Below, piece after piece: positions 35,789-46,562 of a DNA stretch of 64,000 nt (positions within the stretch are counted from its first letter, which is position 1; every line of letters begins with the position of its first letter). A program made the position numbers and the translations under genes. This stretch comes from Felis catus. Lineage: Eukaryota. The notes under the pieces were generated by a model. That model was not told the DNA's origin. It made no database searches and saw nothing but the letters and a program-made list of their open reading frames with translations. The stretch lies in NCBI RefSeq assembly GCF_018350175.1, contig NC_058375.1:62001-126000 (forward strand). The letters run 5' to 3'.

Positions 35789-38367
35789 GTCCTCTCGAGC
35801 TGGAGTGTGTCTGTCATGTGTATCACAGTAACCTTCTACCCTCAGTCACTGAGGAACGTACAGGGGTCTCCTGCATGATCCCTCCCACCCTACCCCCGGT
35901 CTTAATAGGTGACCCAGGGGACCAGTCCCCAGAAGCATCCATCTGTGCCTTTGGCTGATGGAGGCCCTACCCAGAGTCCAGGGGTAAAGGTATCCCTCAG
36001 GAGAGACGGGGGGCACTGACCTCCCTCGGGGATGTCAGCCGCAGCCTGCCTTGCCCTCTGCCTGTGCTCTGAGGGCCCAGCCCGGCTCTGGAGGGCGAGA
36101 CAGAATTATGGGCCCAGGCAGAGGCACAGAGGTTGCACCCACCCCAGACTGAGGCTCCGTCTTTCGTCACTGCCCCCACAGGGGGAGCTCCCACTCAGCG
36201 CCATCCGCATCAACCTGGAGGAGAAGGGGAAGCAGATCCGCTCTTTCCTCATCGAAGGTGGGTGGAGGCCCGGGCTGGGAGGGCAGGCACGGGCCTCCCG
36301 GGTGCCCCAGCTCTTCAGTGGGGCCTTGCGGGGGGCTTCTGTGGCCAGGCCCCCTCACGGCGTCTGTGTGCTAGGCCGTCTCATCAACACCATTCGCGTG
36401 CTGTGTGCCAGCTACGAGGACTACAGCCACTGGCTGCTCTGCCTGCAGACGGTCTCCCACGGGGACGGAGCTCCCCCACCGCCTGGCCCTGAGAGCTTCC
36501 CAGGGCTGCGGGTGTCCACACAGGTGAGGGGCCAGCAAGGACAGACGCTGCAGCCACCTCTCAGGTTCTGGGCAGAAGGGGGGGGGGGTGGGGAGGGAGA
36601 GGGGTCCTGCTGTCTGTCTCACCTCCCCTCTGCCTGCCCCCTGGTGTCCAGGTCCCGGGTGGTGGCCGAGGCTCACTCTCCTCAGATGGACGAACCAGCT
36701 GGGGCTCAGGGTGCCCAGCACCCCCGTCCACGCACACCAGCCACTCTCTCCCTGAATCCTCAGTGCCGTCCACCACAGGCTGCCCCGCCCAGCCTGTGCC
36801 TGTGAGCATCTGGGAGTGGGGAGGGATAGGCAGAAGAAGGGGGCAGGGAGTCACGAGGACAGTTTGTGTTGGGGAACCTGGACCCCCATGGCACCCCGTT
36901 TCAAGCAGGACCCTAGTTCCCCAGGGGAGGAGACTCAGACTGAAGGGAACTTTGTGCAGCCTCATGGGGTTGAGTGGGTCAGGGCCCTAGGGAACCTTCT
37001 GGAAGGTCTTTGGTCCCCACAGGACCAGGCCAACCCTGGCGGCACCGGCACCAGCAGGCAGAGGGCAGAGCCGAGACGGAGCAGCAGCAGTCGGTCACCC
37101 AGGAACAAGGCCCGGGCTGAGGGGCCCGGCCTGGCCACCTCGTTGTTTTTGGACCTGACCAAGGTGAGCCCAGCACGCTGACCCAGTTCTCCATCCCACC
37201 CTTCACCTCCCTGGCCTCCATTTCTCAGGCCCGGGTGGCCCTGGAGCCACCTAGAGGCCTTCTTGCTCAGAGAAGGGAGGACTCAGGCCACCTCCTCTTC
37301 AGGAAACCTGTCCCTCTTGCCTCTTGCCTGCAGCTGAGCAAGCACAGCCCGGAGGGCACCCCCGAGGCCCGAGACCCGCCTCCGGAGGCCCCACGGTCCC
37401 CGCTCTATGCTGATCCCTACACACCACCTGCTACCTCCTACCACAAGATCACAGATGTCCAGGGCCTGGATGAGGTCAGTTCCCTGTGGGGGACGGAAAG
37501 GGCCGGATGTGTCCACAGGCTGAGGTCCACTCAGCCATGATGAGAGGCCAAGGCATTTCGGGGACAGGGATCCCTCAGCTCTACCGAGGTTCTGGTCCAG
37601 AGCCTCAGGTCACCACCCCTTTCTTGCAGTTCCTCAGCGCGATGCAGAGCTCACTTGGACCTGAGTCCTCGAGCGCATTCCCCTCGGTCCCTGTGTCTGT
37701 GCCTGTCTCTGACCCCAGCTCTGGGCTCTCCGGTCCCCACTTGCTCTCCAAGAAGGGAGCCCTGCAGCCGCGAGCCTCTCAGCGGCACCGAGGCTCTGTC
37801 CAGGGCCAGGGTCCACCACCCCCAGACTCCCCTCAGCATGTGAGTAGCAGCACCCACCCCTGCTGGGCAAAGGGTTCTGCGGGGAGGTGGAAACAGTGTG
37901 TGGCCTCGGGGACCCTGGGGGAGCAGGACAGACGGAAACAGGGAAGATGTGGCAGGTCAAGGACCGGAAGCAGCAGCAGGCTGGGGGGAGGCTGTAGGAA
38001 CGGTAGATGCGGGAGGAAAAGGTAGGGGTGGGATCTGGCAGATTCGTGGGCTGGTCTCCAAGCGTCCTCCCCCAGGGCTCAGATCTCAGACTTGTGGTTG
38101 GGGTCCCCAGGTCTCCCCTGTGAGAGAAGTCTCACCCGACCCCCTGCTGCCTCCCTCAGGTGAGTGAAGGCCCTTGCCTCTTTCTGAGGGGAGCTCTGGG
38201 TGTTGCTTCCTGAAGGCACATGCATCTCTGTCCCCCCCCCCCCCCCACCAGGTGGCCATCCCCTCAGGAGCTATGACAACATCTGGGACAAAGCTTCATC
38301 TCCTTCCCACAAGCGCTGGCCCCGCGGAGCACCTGAGGCTGGTGGGGGGCTCATCCAGTGGATCTGA
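30856..38367 (+). CDS. PLEKHN1: Pleckstrin homology domain-containing N1, ~618 aa
   Basis: Exons 30856-30938, 31060-31159, 33926-34072, 34176-34256, 34380-34452, 34795-34922, 35004-35135, 35325-35405, 36182-36257, 36375-36523, 36652-36801, 37023-37163, 37334-37474, 37630-37839, 38111-38159, 38252-38367 (TGA); total 1857 nt. Starts MGNSHCVPQAPRRLRASFSRKPSLKGNR (MG, candidate myristoylation site), has two PH-like segments, ends GGLIQWI*. Confidence 0.95.
32900..33330. mobile_element. L2 LINE remnant
   Basis: ccctggggatacagcagtgggcaaaatagacaaagacccc and aaggtgatatctgagc..acaaaggccctgaggcag are typical L2 3' phrases. Confidence 0.7.
33806..33831. repeat. (GT)n microsatellite
   Basis: Direct observation. 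Confidence 0.95.
35749..35785. repeat. (GT)n microsatellite
   Basis: Direct observation. Confidence 0.95.
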
Positions 38368-38925
38368 TGGCCCCTGGGCCGGCTGGTTCTTGGGACTACC
38401 CGCCAGCATTAACCCAGGAGTGGGGGTCTGCAGCAGAGCTGGGTCTTTCTTTGTAGGGCCACAGGCTGACCAGCATCCAATACCTGAACGCCATCGAAGG
38501 CCGAGTCAGTGTCTGACCACAGCAGGGTGCAGGGGTCTCCAGAACTCTGAGTTTCCCTGGGCTCTGGAGGGGCCAGGCAGAGGGCCTCATACCGAAGATG
38601 GCCTGGTGACACTGCTCAGGTCAGACACAGATCAGAGCAGGATGCATGGAGGGACCAAACTTGAACCATTCCGCCAGGGAAGACACGGGGAGGCTACTTG
38701 GTGCAGGCTTTACCTGGGGGTGGGAGAACAGCGTAGGTGTGAAGGCCAGAGGGCTGAGAAAGAGTAGTGAGGGTCAGAGCACGTGAGGTCAGAGAGCACA
38801 AGGGTAGGAGGTCAGCGAAGTCTGAGACATCACAAGCCCAGGCAGGAGGGTGTTCCGGGCAAATGTGAGTGGACTGCGGCCGGCTGGGAGAAACTGACAA
38901 GAGACTAAACAAGAAAGATAAAGAT

Positions 38926-38931
38926 TTTATT
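38926..38931 (-). terminator. PERM1 polyadenylation signal (AATAAA on minus strand)
   Basis: tttatt on + strand ~970 nt past the PERM1 stop codon. A second tttatt lies at ~39623 inside a transposon remnant. Confidence 0.65.
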
Positions 38932-39504
38932 TGTGCTGCGTGTCCCCGCGTTTTCCACTCAGCAGCCAGGAGTCCCCTGTCCTGGGGACCCTGTGCACAC
39001 GCCGACCCGGCACCCAGCTTGGTAGCCTCCGTTGCTCTGCCGCCACCAGCCTCCCACCCGCGTTCCTGCCCCATCTCTGGCTCCTCAAAGCCCCGGGACA
39101 ACCCCAAATGTTCAGTCCCTTTACCTGACACCACCATATTCTGCCCCTGTACCTCGTCCAGGGTTCCCCACAGGAGGGGCTCCAGCCTCTGCCCTACAGA
39201 CCCTCACCCTGCTAGGGCCGCCCTCCTATAAGCCCCTGTGGGTTCCTGCTCATGGTCTCAGGAGCCCAGAAGGCCTTGGCCACATGCCCCTGGGGTTCAG
39301 GGGTCAAAGAGGCCTCAGAGGTTTTCACTACCCCAGTCCACTTGTAAACAGGGCAGATAGTCTCTGGGACGATCTGGAGGGGGCTCCACCTGAAGGCCAT
39401 CCAGTCTCCTCGCCCTTGCCCCCTGCCTGGATCTCCAGCTGCAGCCTTGCTGCTGCACTGACACCTTCTAGTTTCCAACACTTTGTCCTGCTTCTCACCC
39501 CAGC

Positions 39505-39646
39505 TCACCAAATGAAACATAGGACACCCCGTTAAATTTGATTTCAGATAAGCCACGCGTAATTTAGTACAATCTCCAATACTGCATGTCTGGAATGCAA
39601 GTTTCACCGGACACCCTATGTTTTTATTTGCTAATCTGGCCACCTT
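39505..39646. mobile_element. MER53-like palindromic hAT MITE remnant in the PERM1 3'UTR
   Basis: aggacacccgttaaatttgatttcagataa ... tttttatttgctaatctggccacc resembles both ends of the MER53 consensus as recalled. Confidence 0.6.
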
Positions 39647-39902
39647 CCTAACCAGCTCCTTGCTCAGCCCTACCCACCCAGCCTTCCAGAATCTCCCTCT
39701 TTCCAGGTGTGGAGCACAGCCTTGGCCTCAGCCACTGGCTAGACCTTTGGGTGGAATCCAAGGGAGCCAGGACCGAGGACACTGGCTCCTTCCTAGATGC
39801 CATAGGACACAGGGATCAAAGGGCAAGACCTGAGGCGGCACCTCGTCCCGAGCCCCTGGGGCCACTTCTTTGTCCTGTGTCTTCCTGGACCAAGCCTGGA
39901 TC

Positions 39903-39920
39903 CTACCAGCTGGGGCTGGG

Positions 39921-39952
<32 letters not shown>

Positions 39953-42900
39953 GCCCCTGCCCCACGTGCCGGCGGAAGTAGTGGATGGCGGAGATGGTAC
40001 CGATATTGGCCAACAAGACTGCAAGAGAAGCACGAGAGAGCCTCCTGAGTGCCGGCTGCCTTCCGGTCTGGCCACTGTCTTCTATCCACACGGCCTGGCC
40101 CTCAAAGGGCAGGAGGAGGCCAGCGGAACTAGGGGTGGGTCGGGGAGAAATCTGTGCCTCTCCACGCACCCCTCATCCCCGCTGGCCCGGCAGCTGAGAC
40201 TGGACACCAGCTGTCATCCTGGGCACCAGCCCACTCCTCCCCCAGGGCCCCCAAACCTGTTTTCCAGGCGTCTGGGGTGTGCAGATCTGATGTTCTCACA
40301 GCCCAGGTGGCAAAGGCTACGAACACCAGGCACATGTCATTCTGGCTGAAGGTAAACGAGGTGAGAGGCTCCCGGGGCTCTCCTAGGGAAAAGAAGCATG
40401 CTCTGTGCTCCGGCTCCACCCAGGCTCGTCTGTCCCAGACACGCTGTCTGAGTCACTTCTTCCGTGTAGTACCCCGTCCCAAGACACAGGGTAGTGTGTG
40501 GCACAGTTGAGTCAAGCTGACCTCAGCAGGATTTGCCGCTGGGGTACCATTTCCTGGTTTGTAAAATATCTTGCAGGGAAATGTGAGAGAAAGTCTATTG
40601 AGTGCCCGACCCAGCAGGCAGCAAGGCCTGAGCGTGAGCTGTCCCGGTGTTTACTGTGCTAGAGGCCGGGGGCAGGGCACTGCTGTCATCTGGGCCCGGA
40701 TACAGAATGACGGTCAGTGCAGAGACAAGTTCCTGAGTGGCCGTGGTGTCTGGCCTCATCCACCCCACCTGGACTGTGTCCTGGGATGGCCAGGAGCTAG
40801 TCCATCCTTCCCGGATCATCCCTAAGGCCCCCCTAAGGGCTCATGACCCGGGGTCCTAGCCTGCCCCTCCCCTGCAGCCCTCCTGGCTGAGCTCTCTGGA
40901 CAGTACGTTCTCGGGACCTGGACAGCCCCGGGGCCCACGCGACACTCACCTGCTTGGCTGAACTCTCTGGACAGTACGTTCCCGGGACCTGGACAGCCCC
41001 GGGGCCCAGGCGACACTCACCTGCTTGCCTGACTGCCAGGCTGAGCTGCTCTGCTGTGACTGGGCTAGGCTCTGGTGAGGTTCCAGACCCCACTCCCCAG
41101 GGGACCGACCCGGGGGGCTCTGTGGCCTGCAGCTGGAGAAGGGCAGCCAGCTCTAGCACGCCCCCCGACACGTCCTCCCCAAGGAAGTGTTCATAGGCCT
41201 CGGGGATGGAGATGGGCACGGGGTCTCCAGGCGGACAGGCTGGCACAGGCTCAGCTTGTGGGGGGCGGGCCACGGAGTGGCCCCCCCAGTGCCCTGACCT
41301 CTGGGCTTGGCGGTCCTGGAAGAAGAACTCGCATGTGTCCGGCCACTGTACTCCGGCCAGCGCCTGGTCAGCTTCTGCCGCCTCCACAGCATCTTTATCC
41401 TCCTCCTCAATAGTGTCACAAAAAAAGAACTCGTAGGCCTCTGGGAGGGTCACTGCAAAGCTGCTCCTGGGCCTAGACCCCACAGAGGCAGAGGGGGGAG
41501 GGGAAGGCAGGTGTTTGAGGATCCGAGGCTGGGGGGACCGGGGCCCGACTGCCACAGCATCCCAGCCTCCAGGCCTGTCTCGGCCCCCGGCTGCTGTCCT
41601 GGGAGGCGCGGGCCGGGCTGTGGCTGGTGAGGGTGGGCCTGAGGTTTCTCCCAAACCTGGCTCCTTGGGGCTGGGCACGGCCATGGAAAATCGCACTCTC
41701 TTCTTCTTGGGTGCTTGAACAGAGCCTGGTAGGGGGGGCTCCCCCGAGTGATGTCCAGGGGCACCTGCTGAAGGCTCCCCTCTGGGTTTCTCTTGGTGTC
41801 CTTCTGGAGACACAACAGAGCTCAAACACAGCCTGGCCATCGGGGCAGCCTCCACCTCCACCAAGTCAGGCCCAGCCCGGGGAAAGGGAGCAGGTGTAGA
41901 CACACCTGCATCGGATCGGGTCTTGGAAACAAGGTGAGGCAGAGCAAGTGTAGATGAGTCCACCTCTGGCTTAACCACTGGGCCCACCACAGGTAGGTCC
42001 ATGTCCAGTCTAGACTTGGGGGCAGGTGTAGACAGAGCCATGTCAGGTTGAAGCTTGGAGGCGAGTGTAGACGGAGCCACATCTGACTTAGCTTCGGAGA
42101 TATCTGGATGAGTCTCCTGGGCAGGTGTGGACGCGGTGTGTGGCTCGGCTCTGGGGGTCATTCTGAGTGGGTCTGTACCTTGCTCAGTCGTAGGGACTGG
42201 TGTAGACAGACCCAAATCTGTTCCTCGCTTGGTCATCTGCGCAGGCGCTCCTGCAGACTCTGGACTCAGTCCATTCTGCCTGGTTCCTGGTGTCTGCTCT
42301 GCTGTTCCAGCCGAGAGACCCTTCCCCCTGGACCCAGCCAGACCAAGGTCCTCCTTGGGCCCGGCCTCAGCAGGCAGCAGGGAGCCCAGGTGGGTGGGAG
42401 CAGAGCCCGGAGTATTCGAGCACCGGCCCCCCTTGGCTCCGGCCGCGTGCCTCTTCTTTCGGCCAGGGCTGCGTGGCGCGGCTCCAGGAGTGCCGGGGGG
42501 CCTCTGGGGAGCAGTGGTGCAGCCGGGAGACTCGGGGCTCTGAGGAGACTCACCAGGGGGACTAGGATCAGGGTCCTGGGGGGCTGGCCCCTGCAGAAGT
42601 CTCTGCATCTCGTCTCTGGAAGACGCTGGCCCTGGGAGCGACGAGCTGTGACCTAGAGGGGCGGCGTCAGATGCGAGGGACGGCAAAGCTTCTGACTGTG
42701 CGGACGTGCCGGGCATCTGCTGATCAGCCCCCAGGGCCAAGACAGGCTCACGCCAAGACCTGCTGACCAGTGGCCGGGTGGCGGCCTTGTCCTCCTTCTT
42801 GAAACCAGGCCAGCCCCTCCCCCCAGCAGCCGGCTGCCCCTCGAGGAGGGGTGGAGGCCCAGGGGGACTGTGGCCACTGCTGTCCCCTTGGTCAATGTCA

Positions 42901-43022
42901 CTGGACAAGAGCTCATCCGCAGAGGCCAGGCTGGCCTGCGGGAGGCCACACTCTTCAGTCGTGGCTGCAAACTCGGCCCAGTCCTGGTCACTCAGCTGGA
43001 TGCTGTACTGGAAGTTTTCCAT
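39903..43022 (-). CDS. PERM1: PGC-1 and ERR-induced regulator in muscle 1, 747 aa
   Basis: Coding exons 41021-43022 (the acceptor of this exon is at 43183/43184), 40257-40382 and 39903-40018 (TAG); total 2244 nt. N-terminus MENFQYSIQLSDQDWAEF; C-terminal block FSQNDMCLVFVAFATWAVRTSD...WKTVLLANIGTISAIHYFRR. Confidence 0.96.
40886..41027. repeat. 71-bp tandem duplication spanning the PERM1 splice donor
   Basis: Units 40886-40956 and 40957-41027 differ at 3 positions. Confidence 0.97.
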
Positions 43023-43639
43023 TTCAGGTCAGCAGAGGCGCTTGAGCAGCACAGCCTGAGGCTAGGTGGGATCTTCACGGACCCAGGCCCCGGACACAGG
43101 CCAGCATGCGCTGCCACCACCCTGCCCAGTCCCCGGGGTGCCCCCCACCTCCTCGGCTCGGGGGCCGGCACTCCATCTATGTCCTGCAAGAGAGCAGAAA
43201 AGGGAATCCGGAGGGAAGCTGAGCTGCTGTCAAACCCGACCTTTCCTCCGAGTTAGAGAACGCGCGGCTCCCGCTTTGCCTGCTTCCAAACTGACCCCTG
43301 ATAATAACCGTGTAATGACATATGTTACATTCTGCAAATCAAATAGTGGGCACACTAAGAAAATAGGGTTCCTTGTGTTTGAATTTTTGTCCCCAGAAGT
43401 GGTTTACGTCACATCTTTGAGCATTTTCTGTGCAGCTAGGTCAGCCTCACCTTCTCCAACTTTCCTGCAGAACTGTAGGTACCAAAGTAAACTTCATACA
43501 GCAAAACCCATTTCAAGGGTCACTCACTGGGAGTCAGTTTACGTGGGGGGTGGTCAACTCTGGCCTGTCCCCACGGGCCCACGGTGGCAGCTGGCCACGG
43601 AGGAGGGGTGGCAGCGTCCAGCAAGCGACCAGCCTTTGG

Positions 43640-44650
43640 GGATGACCTTCCACCATCCTTGGCTGGGACAGGTTTCCGGGCTTCCCCTGAGTTCAAGGTC
43701 ACTCTAGTGCTGGCCAGAGCCCACTCAGAGGTCACCAGGGAGCACCTGGCTCTGCCCCTTGCCTAGGCAGGAGGTCACAGAGCAGAAATGAGCCTCCTAA
43801 CTCCCAGTGGGTTACTAGAGCCATCCTCAAGGTCTGCGCCCCTGACCCAGGCCTGCCCAGCTAGCAGAGCCCCCTTGTCTGCCTCATCTCTGTGAACAAA
43901 GGCGACCCCAACTGCCTGAGAGCCCCTAGTGTCTCAGCCTCCTACGGGAGGTGACCTTCGACCTTTGGCCAGCCACCACCGCACCCTGGGAGGTGGGAGG
44001 TCACTCTGGTCAGGCCGGTGCTGAGATGAAGATTCCTTGAGACCAGAGCATTGTGGCTTCCTGACCCACTGAAATGTCCCCTCCTCTCTGGCCCTTGGGG
44101 AAGTCCCTCTGGGGCTGTCTGACTTTTGGACTTCTTGGGGTGGGAACAAGGGACTAACAGTGTCATACCTGGGACCCTGTGGCCAGCCAGGGCAGTGGAG
44201 CTGGGCGTCCGAGCTGCCTGTCCCAGAGCGGCATGGTGCTGGGCTCACCACACAGGCCCCACCCCCACTGCCAAAAATACCCCATCCCTGTGGTCACATG
44301 TCTCCTGCCAGCCGTCAAGGTCCAGGCCACAAATAGATGGCATTTGAGGGCCCTCCAGCTACGTGAGGGACACCTTCCTGGGCAGGTCAGATGCTGGCCA
44401 GAGAATGCGAACCTGCAATCAGTTCTGCACGGGCCTCCTCTTTCCCAAGCTGAAGGCCACACTGCACTCTTGGCCCGGGCTGACTTTTCCTCTTAAAGTG
44501 GCCTCACCTGCTGTGAACCCTCGCCCCTGCCAGCAGCGCCACCCCCACCTCCCACCAGCCCAGGCCTGTCTGGGTCTTAGGGCCTTGCCCTGTCGTCTGT
44601 GTGGAATAGAGAGGGTTACTGAGTGATGATAAAGGGGAAATGACCTTTCC
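43640..44650. promoter_or_regulatory. PERM1 promoter/first-intron region with ERR response elements
   Basis: Perfect TCAAGGTCA at 43693-43701; near matches TGACCTTC (~43643, ~43952), TCAAGGTCT (~43827), TCAAGGTCC (~44315), TGACCTTT (~44641). PERM1 is an established PGC-1/ERR target. Confidence 0.6.
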
Positions 44651-45811
44651 AGAATGTTCCTAGAGATCCTTTGGAGGTGGGCCGCTGATGACTGGGTGTG
44701 GAATAGTGGAGCGAGGCGTGCACCTCTCTCCTCCGGCCTCCAGAGGGTTACTGGCCCCTTCCCAGGCAGCACTGTTGCACCTGCTGGTGGGGGCAAAGGG
44801 ACAAGTGGGGCCACTGAGGGCTCTTGGTAGCCAGCATGCCGAAGGGGAATGGGCTTTGGCCTCTAGAGAGGGTTGGGAGGGTTCAGGGGAGGAAAGTGCA
44901 TTACTCTGCACCAGCATCTCTCCTGACCTAGACGCCGGTGGTGGGCGCAAGAAGGAGGAGGCAAAACAGAGTCTGTTCCTTCAAGAAAGGGGGCCTGGTG
45001 CTGCCACCCCCAGCGCAACCAGTCACCAAGAGTAGGCAGGCAGGGGTAACAGTGCCTCAGAGATGGGCCTCCAGAGTGCGCCTCCTCTGCCAGGCCTCCC
45101 TGAGCACTCTTTCCAAAACTTATCCATCCTGGGAGGGGGCACAAAGAAGACCCTGTTTTCAGAGTTGAGCCTGGTGAGGCACAGAGAGGGTGAGCGACTC
45201 CTGCCTGACCACACAGCTAGCAAACGGCAGAGCTAGGACCCAGTGCCCTTAGCTGCGCTCCAGGCCATCCTGATCTCGGGGCTGATAGTGCCCATCCCAC
45301 ACAGGTCATTGTAACACACACTTGTGGCTTCCAGGCTATAAGGGATGTGAAGGGGGAGTAAGGGAGCCAGACAGCAAACATCTAAACAGACAGGTAGATG
45401 AGATCATCTCTGACAGCAACACAATGGAAGAAGGAAGTATTGTGGAGAGAAGGGGTGCCCTGGAGGGGCTGGAGACTTCTCTGAGGAGAGGGCCTTGGAC
45501 TAAAAGGCCTTTGAGAGCCTGAGGGACAGGACACGGTGGGTGGGAGACAGAGAGGGCCAAGGCCATAAGGGTGATGGTGGAGAGGCAGCTTCACACAGGG
45601 GGAGCAAGGCCGGGGCGCTTCGATTCCCAGTAAGCCAGCCAATGTATGACATGTGCAGGAAGGGCACGAACTGTGTAGGAAAGGACCCTGCCTGTCGGTG
45701 TGTGCCACCCGGCCACCTCGTGCAGGCCAGCCTGGCCCATAGTGAACTTTACATAAGTGGAGTTGTGCCCTAAGAACCTTTCCGCGTCTGTGCAAAAAGA
45801 AAAACTAGTTT

Positions 45812-46562
45812 CCTACTCACACTGTTCTCCTGTGAGTCTCCTGTGCTACCCACACAACNNNNNNNNNNNNNNNNNNNNNNNNNNNNNNNNNNNNNNNNNN
45901 NNNNNNNNNNNNNNNNNNNNNNNNNNNNNNNNNNNNNNNNNNNNNNNNNNNNNNNNNNNNNNNNNNNNNNNNNNNNNNNNNNNNNNNNNNNNNTTTAGTC
46001 ACAGGTAGTGGGTCCCCAGGTCACCCACAACTTGTTGGCTACAAACCAGTTTCCCATGACCCTTCCCCCTTGGATTTGATTAACTTACTAGAGCAGCTCA
46101 CGGAAGGCAGGGAAACATTTACTTACATTTACCGGTTTACCGTACGAGGGTATGATAAAGGGTACAGGTGAACAGCCGGATGGAAGAGATGTGCGGGGTG
46201 AATTATGGCCTGGGTGCCACTCCCCCCACACCTGCACATGTTCAGCAACATGGAAACTCTGTGAACCCCATACGATCGGGATTTTATGGAGGCTTCCTCA
46301 CATAGGCATGATGGGTCATTAAATCCAATTCCAGCCCCTCTCTCTCTGGAAGAGGGGGTGTTGCTGGGGCTGAAATTTCCAAGCTTCTAATCATGGCTGG
46401 TCCTTCTGGTGAGTATCTCTATCCCAGAGCCCACCCGGAGTCAGCTCATTAGAACAAAAGGTGGTCCTGGTGCTCTTATCGCTTAGGAATTCACAAGGGT
46501 TTCAGTAGCTCTGGGCCAGGAACTGGGAGCAGAAACGAATATGTGTATTTTCTACAATCTCA
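45812..46562. mobile_element. MER21-like ERVL LTR (contains N gap 45859-45993)
   Basis: ctagagcagctcacggaaggcagggaaacatttacttacatttaccggttta..gatggaagagatg resembles MER21-family LTRs. Confidence 0.65.

Noticed and set aside
40833-43022. 729-aa single-exon reading of PERM1
   Set aside because: Read-through past the donor at 41021; the conserved C-terminus lies in two downstream exons.
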